Assembly: GCA_012295275.1 (NCBI GenBank)
Contig: CM022668.1
Coordinates: 11,780,001 to 11,844,000, forward strand
Reading direction: 5' to 3'
From: Chrysomallon squamiferum
Taxonomy: Eukaryota; Animalia; Mollusca
Length of the DNA stretch: 64,000 nt
Position 1 is the first letter of the stretch. Each line of letters opens with the position of its first letter. Shown in pieces: positions 1 through 12,789 of this stretch. The notes under the pieces were generated by a model that was not told where the DNA came from, searched no databases, and saw nothing but the letters and a program-made list of their open reading frames with translations. The position numbers and the translations under genes are program-made.

Positions 1-218
1 TTCGATTAAAATAATAACTTCAAACGGCACAATTTCAGTAGTCTCCCTTCAACAAAACTCTTTTGCTGTAAATTATCTCCCTTAATCACAATCTTTATCA
101 ACGGTGATTAATATTACTTCCTTTTAATACACTACATCAGGATTTCATTCGTATTTTAAGCACTTATCTTCCATTAACAGGCATCTTTAAGCGATTGTCT
201 CTCTTGAACGTCCTGCTG

Positions 219-483
219 TTACACACTTGTCTCTTTTTCCCCAGCAGAAGACACTGAGGGATTCGACTGGGAGAGCTGTCGGTGGGTGGGGGGGTTTCCT
301 GGCCGATTCAGACGTATTCTGCGAGATGGTTTGATGTTCCATGTAGCTGCATCCAGACTCGAAAACAAGTCATGACTCTGTGAGGAAATTAAAATTTTAA
401 AATAAAATTAATATTTTTAAGTTTTAATTAAAATCTGCGATCATATAAAAAAAAAAAAAAAAAAAAAGGTTTTTTAAAAATGA

Positions 484-514
<31 letters not shown>

Positions 515-2171
515 CTTGGATGTATATATTTAAAAAAAAAATTAATATTAATAAAAGCAAGGCATCACTGAAGAATGTACAGAAATATTATTTATTATTA
601 TTCTTTATTATCAACAAAAATATACACAGTGTGACTATTCATGATATATATTGTGCTAATTGTTGGAACATACAAAATTTATATTTTAAAACTAATTGTA
701 TATTTATGTTTAATATAAAGATATTTTAAACTGGTTTTCAGTTTGAGTAATACTTTTATTTTTAAACTGGTTTTTAGTTTGAGTAATATTTTTATTTTTA
801 CTTCATTACTCTATAGCATTACAGTGTGTCATTATTGTTTATGTATTTGTCTGTTATTGCCAATAAAATGAAGTTTAATTTCAAGTCTTCCATTAACAGG
901 GTTTGAACACAGACCTCTCTGCTTCTCCAGCGAAGTTTCTCTCGTTCCACTTTCTGTCGATGTTTATCCTGTAGTGAAGCAAAATTATTAAATTATTTTA
1001 TTAAATATTATTTATCTGACAGCCAAGTATTATTAATAAATATTATTGTTATTATTTATTTATTATTATTACTATTGTAAGAATAATTAATATTGTTATT
1101 ATTTCTTATTATTATTATTATTATTTTTATTATTATTATTATTACTATTATAAGAATAATTAATATTGTTATTATTTCTTCTTATTATTATTATATTATT
1201 ATCATATCAGTAAAATAATATATAATAATAATAATTATTAGTAGTAGTAGTAGTTGTAGTAGCAGTAGTAGTATATAAGAGTAATACAAACAGCCACCTT
1301 GAATTCCAGTACTGAATGTAATAGATTTAAGTTTTGAAAAAAATCAAAAACTGGACAGGAGAAGATAATGACGTACCACACAGCTGAAAGCCCAGCTAGC
1401 TGGAATCCATATCACCATGGAAAACACAATTACTGTTCCAACAATATTACTTCTCATGAACGCAACTGGAACAAAAAAATAAATAAATAAGCAATGTTTT
1501 TTGTTTATTACAGGTACCTGACCATTTATCCAGCTTTCAGAAAACCGTGTTACCCAAAAATTGGCTTTAAATGAGACCCAACTGTTATTTTATCTCTGAT
1601 TTCTTAAAATTTTTATGGCTGTTGTTTTATTTTTCAAATTTTTCCTTATTTTCATCTGTTAAATCATTCTATATATTCTTAATTTGTTTTGTTCAAAAAT
1701 GTTTCAGAACTTAGTGTTTCTATATATGCATAAGTGTGTATACATAAAAATATTTGTTAATAATGAAATGCATGAAATATGTTTGAATCTTAGTAATGCA
1801 GTGTTAATTTACTAATAACAAAATACATAAAATATATTTTAATATAAATGTAGCAGTAAAATAATTTAAATTTTAATAATTGTAATCTTATTAATTTACT
1901 AATAGCAAAAGTACATAAAATATATTTTTATCTAAATATTATAGTAAAATAATTTAAATTTTAATAATCGTAATCTTATTAATTTACTACTAGCAAAATA
2001 CATGAAATATATTTCAATCTAAATATTATGGTAAAATAATTTAAATTTATAAAATATAAATTTGTTAAAAAAAAACACTTACCAAGCTGACTAGAAGTAA
2101 GTTTTTCTATAACATCAAACAATCTCTCTACCAACTTAGACTTCGGTTTTACACATTCTCCATTCTAAAAG

Positions 2172-2218
<47 letters not shown>

Positions 2219-2593
2219 ACAAACAAACAAATAAATAAACAACCAAATAAATAAATAAATAAATAAAACAAATAAATAAAATAAAATAGTAAATGAATAA
2301 ACAAACAAACAAACAAATAAAATAAATAAATAAATAAACTAAATTAAAATAAAATAAAATAGTAAATGAATAAAGCTAATACAAACAAAGATATAAATCA
2401 CGATGAGTAAATAAAAATATTTTACAGCTAATGCATGTTAATGTAATAGACAGACAGATAGACAGACAGAGAGATGGTTAGACAGGTCGATGGACAGACA
2501 GACAGATAGAGATGGATGGATGGGAAGATGGAGAGATGGACAGATATGATTTAAAAGTGTTTTTTATACATTTATTAATTATTTATTTATTTA

Positions 2594-2632
<39 letters not shown>

Positions 2633-2890
2633 TTTTTTTATATTATTATTAATTTGAACCTCCTATTAATATTATTGCTATTAAATTATTATTATTTAGA
2701 AAATTTTTTTTTTATTATTATTAAATTTGAACCTCCTACTTAATCAAGTGCTCCTAAATATGATCGCATTAGAAAATTATTATTATTATCATCATCATCA
2801 TTCAAGTGACCACCAATTAATAATTATAACCTTCAGAAACCTAAACCCAGGCTTGTTAAAACTTGAAAATATTTTCATGATAATTATCAT

Positions 2891-2939
<49 letters not shown>

Positions 2940-3170
2940 GAATGTATTTGTGTACTGGGAGAGAAAATAACATGAATGTTTATGAAGATAAATCACAAAA
3001 AAAATGAAAACGTGTACCTGGGAACAGAAACCAAGGTAACACGGTCGTCCCTTCATCTGTATCGCTGTTCCCTGCGGCTCACACTTACTTCCTGGTTCCC
3101 GTCTTCGGCAGCATCGGCGACACGCCTGCTTAGCTATAAATAGATATTTCTGTTATACAGAATATGTGTG

Positions 3171-3267
<97 letters not shown>

Positions 3268-6200
3268 TAAAATATTAGTTAAATAATTAAATATATATAC
3301 AACAGAAAAAAAATAAATAAATAAATAAATACCTGAATAACATTAAGATAAATTAAAGTAATTTAAAAACTAAATAAATAAATAAATACAATTTAATAAA
3401 AAATAACAATAAAGTATTAAGTATATATATATATACAATGACAGAAAAACAAAATAATGAAATATATATATATATATATATGCAACAGAAAAAAACAAAA
3501 TAAACACCAGAATAACATTACAATAAACAAAAGTAATTTAAAAAAATAATAATAATAAATAAATAAAGACAATTTAATAAAAATATAACAATAAGGTATT
3601 AAGAATAAATAAACAATTTAATAAAAAGTAATACGGTAAAAACAATAATTTAAAAATAATAATAATAATTTCTTTTTATTTATAAAATTTAATAAAAAAA
3701 ACAAAACTAAAATGTAATAATTTTTATTGATACTAATTGGTTTTATAAATAAACAATTTAATTAAAAAAAAATAACGATATAAATAATAATTTATTTTAT
3801 AAATAAATGATTTAATAAAAACAACAGTAAGGTCTTAACAATAATTTCTCAAAAATTATTTTATTTCATTTTATAAACAAACAATTTAATAAAAAACAGC
3901 ATTACGGTACAAACAATAATTACCAAAACAAAAACAAAAAATAATAATAATAATAATAATAATTAACGTTAAAATACAAAATGAACAAGGCAGTACTTAC
4001 CATCTCCGTCGCACTGACACGAAACCAAATTTCTGTCCTGAACTTCACAGTAAGACAAACACTGTCCATTGAAACACTGACCTCTGTAAAAAAATTATTT
4101 TATAATCATTTAAATCATTTTTCTTTATTTCTCTCTTTCCTTCTCTCTCTAACTCTCACTTTCCCTTTTTCATACAATATCTTTCTCTTATTCTCAATCT
4201 ATATGCATAAACACACATACACACACGTGTTTTTTTTTTTTTTTTTTTTTTTTTAAACAAAATTTAATTTATCTTGAAAGTTATATAATGGCACACTATC
4301 TTATCTGTTACAAACTCACTCTCTTTTCTTACCTCTCACAAATTTATTTCAGTTCTGATTGAAAATATCCAAGAAATTTTCACCCTTCAAGGCATGGTGT
4401 TGTATCATTCTTTTTCTGCTTTTGGACAATCAAAACTGCAATGTTAACAATATTTTTTTATTTGTGTTTGTTTTGTTGGTTTTTGTCTGATGTTATTTTT
4501 TTTCTGTTTGTTTGCAGGAGGGGGTTGTTAGGGATTTTTTTTCTGTTGCTGTTCTTTTTAAGTTGCTGTTCTTTGTGAAAAACAAATAGTCTGAAAACAT
4601 TACAGTATACCCTCACCTATTCTTTTCCCCATTCACCCCCAGATATTCAGGCTCTTAACCCTATCGCATTTGGTATACCAGGCTAAGCGTCATAACGTTA
4701 AAACAAATGAAACCGGTTTTTGTAAATAGAGACTTAAGTGCCTGAAGACAAATAATTACCTAAAGTGCTGTAAAGCAGCAGCTAAGCTGTGCCATACTGT
4801 ACATTAGTGTTATCATCATCATCGTATGGCACTGCAAATTTCATCATCATTTTATTATCATTCATTATTGGTGACAGCACAAACAATATCAAATTTTTCA
4901 ATTATTATTGCAATACAATCATTTTTTATAAATGCATACACTGTATGTACAGTGCATATTTTTGTGACCGTGTATTAAAATGTTTTTAATTGCATATTAT
5001 TACTGAATTGTAATTATTACCTGAACTGTGCATACTGTATTTATCTGTCTGTTTGCCTTTAAATTTGTTCCACTTTCTGTCAATTCTAATACATATGTTT
5101 TGTGACTTTTCACGGTTTTGTATGGGTAACTATGCTATGTTATTTTTTTCTTTCTGATTAAAATATTGTTTCAGTACAAAATTAAAATGTGTTTACATTA
5201 TCATTACTACATTAGTGAAATACATAACTGCATGCAATATTTTTTTATTACTGTATTAATGAGTAAGTTGTTTTTGGAAAGTGTTTGGAAGCATTTAGTA
5301 CTTATATAATCTCATAATAGACGTTTTAAAACTGCATCCAAATTCAGTCTGGAGGTAAAACGTAATTATCAATAGCGAGGGAATATTATCATATTATTCT
5401 TTTAGGAAACTTATATTTACATTACAAGTTATTACAAGTTATTACAAGTTATTATTTTAATGTTTAGGGTGATCATTCATCTTAAAAAAAAAAAAAAAAC
5501 ATGGGAAAATGTCTGAACAAATGAATGAAGAATGAATGAATGAATGTTTGAACAAATGAATGAATGAATATACAAATGTTTGATTGAATGGTTGCTTGAA
5601 TAAATGAATGAATGAACAAATGAATAAACAAATAAACAAGCAGGTGATGAACAGATGACATACTAAATGAATGAATGAATACACAACTGTGTGAATGAAT
5701 GACTGCTTGAACGAACAAATGAATCAATGAATGAAGAAGCAGGTTGTAAAAAGATGAATGAATAAATGAATGAATAAATAAACTCACCTGCAAACTGCTG
5801 CTTTGACACAGCTGTAGTGTGTGTCTCCCCTACACGGGAATCCATGACTTGCCATCTGACATTTTTCACAACACTCGTAGTTCATAGGACTAAAATAAAA
5901 CATTCAGTTATTACTGTATACTGGAATCATAAAAACAGTTCATAGGACTAAAATAAAATATTCAGTTATTACTGTATACTGAAATCATAAAAACAGTTCA
6001 TAGGACTAAAATAAAATATTCAGTTATGTACATAGAAATCACAAATCAAATTCACTGGCTACAAAAATCAAATATTTAGTTATGTACGTTGAAATCAGAA
6101 ATAATTCACTGACTACAAGAAAAATAAAATATTTAGTTATGTATGTTGAAATCAAAAATAATTCACTGACTATAACAAAAATACAATATTTAGTTATGTA

Positions 6201-7796
6201 TGTTGAAATCAAAAATAATTCAGAAGACTTCAGAATTTTTATATATATATATATTAAGCATTTAAAACTTGTAATAATATATTGAAATACATTTCTGTAA
6301 TTTAAATAAGATTGAACAAACTTTTTCAAAAATTATTAAAGAAGTTGAATTTGTTAAATAAAACTTGCAGAGTGACATTTCTCAATTGGTAAAAAATCTT
6401 GCAGTTACCAGAAAAGTAACATTAAATTAACAGAGTATAAAAATGAATATCAATGTCTGAACAGAAGCATTTATTAATATGCATAATTCTTTGATTTAAT
6501 AATAACAATTAACTGCTATCATTCAGTGGTTTTGTCTAACTACAGAAACCAGTGTCTTCACAATCATGATGATGATGATGATGATGGTGATGATTAAATT
6601 ACTTTTTTTACACAAAAGATATTTCACCTGCATCTGGCTCCTCCTTTAAATTTACATTCTGAGGTACAACAAGGATCCAGTCCATTCCTGGCCTGCTCTC
6701 CCCCATCACAGTCCTCCCCCCGGTCAATTCTGCCATTGCCACAGAGAGGAATATTGTTATCTTTTTCTGATAAAATAAAATAAAATAAAAACAACACAGT
6801 GACAATTATTTGTAATGGTGTTTTGTACTTTTCACAATATACTGGAAGACTTTCTGATTAAAAATGATAAAATAAATACAACACAAAGTCAAAATGAATA
6901 TTAAGTAAACCCCTTACAAATAAACTTTATGTTAGACTGTATGAACAAAAAGCTAATTTATGCACTTAATATTTTTGCTACAGTTATTTACTTGGTGAAG
7001 TTTAAATACATTATTCATGTGTCCTAATCACTGTCTTATTTATTCTAATTAACAATTTAACTAAGTATGTCTCCTAATTATTGTTCACTTTATTAGTGAC
7101 AACCAAGCTTTCCTAAAAATAAAGTAAAAAGTTTGCAAGGATATGATTTTGGACAAGGTTTTCTCTTCTATAATGATGTTATTTCATAAACAGAAAATAG
7201 AAATAAAAATATCAGTTTTTCAAATATAAATTGCAGGTAAAAAGTTTATTAAAAAAAATTTTTACACAAGAAAATTACAGGTAATATAAAAATACCTGAA
7301 AAACATTTGTAGGCCTTTGCACGAATCACTTCGCCTATGTATCTTCTACTGCATGGAGAAAATAACTGAAAAACAAACAAAAAAACAGTTCTTAGAGTAA
7401 ATATAAATAACAAATTTTCTATTATTTATTAATATTTATTAATAAAAATTAGAACCATGAGGTGGTGATAACAATAATAATAATGATGATGATGATTATG
7501 ATAATAATTACAAAAACAACAGTAATAACAATAACAATAATAATAATAACTAATAATAATAATACATAATAATAATAAAAACAACAATAATAATACATTA
7601 ACAGTAACAACTACAACTACTGCAGTGTGTAGGTTAAGGTTATAATATAAACAACAGAAATAACAACATTAATACCAGCAATATTTTTTCCACTAAAACT
7701 ACTCCAACTAGAACTACCAAAACTAGTACTACTACTACTTCTACTACTACTACTACTACTACTGCTGCTGCTACTACTACTACTACTACTACTACT

Positions 7797-7847
<51 letters not shown>

Positions 7848-10753
7848 TATTATAAATAGCAAAATGATACAGATAATAGTTTTAACTATATATATTTTTT
7901 CATTTTAAACAAAAATGAATAACATGAACAAGAAGAACTGTAATGGTAACAGAAAAAAAAAAAAAAATTCTTTTCTTACCAAATTATTTTCTTCAAATCC
8001 ATTAACAGCGTATGGATACATGAGATATTTGCCGTTGTGAAAGGAAGATGGTGCGCATTCGCTGTTGTCAACATCATGTTCACTGCCCCAGTTGTGACCT
8101 GCAAAGGTCATACGGTCAAGAAAGGTCATACAGTAACAAAAATCATTTGAGGTGATAAAAATAGTAAGTCTCTACAAAAACTTTTTTTTTTCACAAATTA
8201 GGATTTTTGTGGGCTTGTGGGAAGGGATAAATTTTAATTATTTTTTTTAATTTTTAAAAATAAATAAATAATTTAAAAAAAATCAAATTCGATATAATTA
8301 TTTATAAATATTTAATTATAAAAATAACAGCAAGTACTTACCAAGTTCTGTATGGATTGAAAAATCATGAAATAAAAAAAAGAAAAAGAACACCATTATT
8401 AAACAAAATAATTAGTAATAAATTACAAAACAATTTTTTAATTAAAACATTATTTATTTTTCTGGTGGGTAAATCTTCTTTATAATATTCATAACAATAT
8501 CTTTAACACATGAATTTAAAAAAATATTAAATAATATTTTCCAGTTAAAAGAATATGAATAATGAAAATGTATCATAATCAATATCAACAATTATTATGT
8601 CACAAATATATGGGGTTTTTTCATTTATTAATACTGAACAAAAGAATCTGTTTTGTAAATTAAAAGATCAGATTTCTTTGGTAACAAACTAGTGCTTTGT
8701 TACTAACTAGCTAATCAAACTTTGTGGTATGTATTGTCCTGTCTATGTTAACAGACAGACAGACAGACAGAGAGATATATTGATAGATAGATACAGATAC
8801 TGATATATATTTAATTTATGAAAGTAGCTTATAACATGTAAGAAATGGATTTCTTAATATATAATAAAAACCATACTATATACAGACAGACATATATATA
8901 TATATATACACACACACAGATAGATAGATAGATAGATAAATAGATATAGATATGAATATATATTTAATTCATAAATGGAAAGAAGTGAAAATTCTTTGTT
9001 TCATTTATTATATTATAATTTTAAAAAAAACAATACCTGGTAACAATACATAGAAAAAATTTTGAATATCATATAACAGCATTACTGTATTTGTTCCTTC
9101 ATTTATAAATTTGTTTAGTGTCGACATTATTTCTGCTTTTAAAATGACATTCCTTGTTTCTTAGCAACCTACTCACATGAACAAGGGTTATATAAAGAGA
9201 AAGATACAGATAAATATATATATCTATAAATACTAAACCCTGTGTTTACATGTGTGACCTGTTCTTAAACTGACTTATATGTCACACACAGATAAACAGA
9301 CATACAGACAAATATATATATAAACAGACACACATACATTATAAACTGACATATACAGAAATAAACAGAGATATATATATAGAGACAGACAGAGAGAGAG
9401 AAACATACAGATAAACATATATAAATACACAGACACACAAACATATATACTTGACATATATAGAAATAAAGAGACATATATACAGAGAAACATACAGATA
9501 AATATATACATAAATACATACACACATATATATAAACCAACATATATAGAAATAAAGAGACGCACACATATATATATATGTATACAGAAAAAAAAACATT
9601 TATACAGATAAATAAACATATACAGATAGACATATATACTGATAAATAGATATGCACAGAAAAACAGACATCCAGCTAAACAGACAAACATACAGACACA
9701 AACAGACATATATACAGATAAACACACTGACATAGACAGACAGACAAACACAAAAAAAGAGACATACAGATAAAGAGACAGACAGACATTCTGATAATAT
9801 ATTGTGATTAACACATGATATTTAGATACAAGCCAAAATATCAGACACATATGAACAGATATTATTTATTAAATAGTGAATACCATTATTTATTAAACAG
9901 TGAATACCATTTTTCAGTCAGTGAAAGAGTAAACAGGTTGAAGTGAAAAAAAAAAGAGTTTAGCATGTAAAACTTGCTAGATTTTCTAAACAAACGACAC
10001 ACACATGTATAATCACATACATGCATTAAGTGAACAATTACACCTCTAATCTACAATTACTGTTGTCAAATTCAGTTTGAAAATTCCATTCCTCTTTGAC
10101 ATTTATTTATAAACTGCTCAACTCATAACAACTGCATCTGTCACATATGAAGCATGTTTTTAGTGCACTTTTCAAACAGAAACATTCCAAGGGCAGGTCC
10201 AGCTTTTTCAGAAAGGGGGTTGGGGGTGTTATATATAAAACTTACAAGATAAAATAATTACTAAAATGAAAGTGTATTATCTCAAAAACTGAGTTGTTTG
10301 TTAGAAGCACACACATACACACAGACAGACAGAAACACACACACACAGACAGACAGATCTATCCTTTGAAGTTACATTATGAAACAGAGAGATTCTTACT
10401 TGATGAGCAGATGCCCCCGATAGTACCCATCCTGGGGGATGCTATGTAGGCGAGGCCAAGAATCCCGCCCTCGAATGCCTGGTATGTGAACAGATGAGCC
10501 AAACAAAACCGTGAGAAATACATATCTCTGCTGAACACCTGTGTGTAATATAGCAATAGTAATAATAGTAATAGTAATAATAGTAAAAATAATAAGAATA
10601 ATAATAACAATAATAATAGTAATAGTAAAAATAATAAGAATAATAATAGTAATAATAATAGTAATAGTAATAATAATAGTAATAATAATAGTAATAATAA
10701 TAATAGTAATGATAATAATAGTGATAATAATAATAGTAATAATAGTATTAGTA

Positions 10754-10784
<31 letters not shown>

Positions 10785-11820
10785 TAGTAATAATGGTAAT
10801 AATAATAGAAATAGTAATAGAAATAGTAATAGTAATAATAATAATAATAGTAATAGTAATAATAATAGTAGCAATTATAAAAATAATAATAATAAAGTAA
10901 TGATAGTGACAATAGCAGTAATAATAATAGTAATAGTGATGATAATGATAATAATGATGATGATGAAATGATAATAAAAAATACTAATAATAATAAATAA
11001 AAAAGTAGTAATAATAATAAAAATAATTAATAACACTAGTAATTTTAATAATAATAATAATAATAATAATAGAAAAAATACTAACAATGATGATAATAGT
11101 AGTAGTAATAATAATGATGATGATGATAATGGTAATAATAAGAGTAATAATGATAGTAATAATAAAAATGATGGTGACGATAATGATGATGATAATGATA
11201 ACAACAATAAGTACAACTATAACAACAATAATAATAACAGTAGTATTAACAACAAAAACAAAAGCAAAAACAACAATAACAATAATATTAATAATATGTG
11301 AGTTTATTAAATATGAAATTTAACAATTAACATGAAATATTAACAATGAAAGATTTACTTACAATTAACAATCTATGGAAATCAACAATGGAAATTTAAG
11401 AAGAAGAAGAAGAAGAAAAGAAAAGAAGAATGATAATAATAATTATAATGATGATGATGATGATAATGATAATAATAATGAAAAAAAAAATAATAATAAT
11501 AATAGTAACAACAATCATAATAATAATAATAATAATAATAAGAGTATTTGTGTTAATCTATGCATACAAACTATGTCTGTATCATTGCATATATAAACAA
11601 AATTTATCATTGGAAGTTTATTTTTTTAAATCTTAAATATCTTGAAATGGCAATGAACTGAAACCTACAAAAAGATGCCCCCCCATGCCCCACCCCTAAC
11701 CCCACCTCTCATTCTTCGAGTGATATTTACCTCTAGGAGATCTCTGGTCTGCCAATGTATAGGATTATTGTAATGGACTTTTCCCACTGTCTCAGCTTCG
11801 TGGATCCTTAGCTGTAACAA

Positions 11821-11851
<31 letters not shown>

Positions 11852-12216
11852 ATATCTAGAAAAATATTTAACAAAATAGCAATGGAATATCTTTCTAAAA
11901 GGCTTATTTGTCATTGCACGAATAAAAGCATAAATTTATTTTGCAAATTATTAACATAATTTTTTTTTCACTAATGACCAATTTTTGCTAATAATAAAGT
12001 TTGACAAAACCTGACAAGAATATAAAAAAAAATATGTTAGATGTGATTTTTCTTTCTTTCTTGTAATTTATATTCAGGATGTGTTATTTGATAGAGATGC
12101 ATGGGAAGCTTGGCAGATTTATAAATTTAGCAGATTTACTGTGTTTTCTTTAGTATTTTTAAGAGATGGTTTTGTGTCTGTGTTTCCTCGTGTTTGTGTG
12201 TGTGTGGGTGTATGTT

Positions 12217-12282
<66 letters not shown>

Positions 12283-12745
12283 CGTATGTGTAAACACACA
12301 TGTGTCTGGATTTTATCATCAAAAACCTCATTGAAATGAATTTTCAACTAAGCCCCAATAAATATTTTTTTATCTCCTACAAATTTGAAAACAAATTTGA
12401 AAACAAAACAAAAATTTGAAAAGTGCCAATAACTGTAGTAATTTAATCAAAAACAACACTGTTAATTTAATAAACTTATCTCATTTCATAGTGAATATTC
12501 TTTTCATTAAACTTACATCTTGAACTTGAAAACCAAAACCGCGAAGTTCAATTTTCCCACTCCAAATAGTGTCCCTATAAATGTTGTCTATTTTGTTCAT
12601 AAGACTGATCTGAGCAATAAAAAATAATATATACACACATATATAGATATATATATATATATACAAAACACATATATATGTACACACACAAATATATATA
12701 CACACACACACATATACATATATACACACACACACACACACACAA

Positions 12746-12789
<44 letters not shown>

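Noticed and set aside
9170-9258. VTHVNTGFS segment as the missing ADAM17 exon
   Set aside because: It has the wrong phase relative to the upstream exon, runs into AT repeat and does not end in His+G before a donor. It is kept only as a hint.
10541-11636. Long poly-Leu/Ile/Asn ORFs (also 28735-29488 and 47420-47951)
   Set aside because: These are translations of (AAT)n-type microsatellites. Only the embedded true exons are coding.
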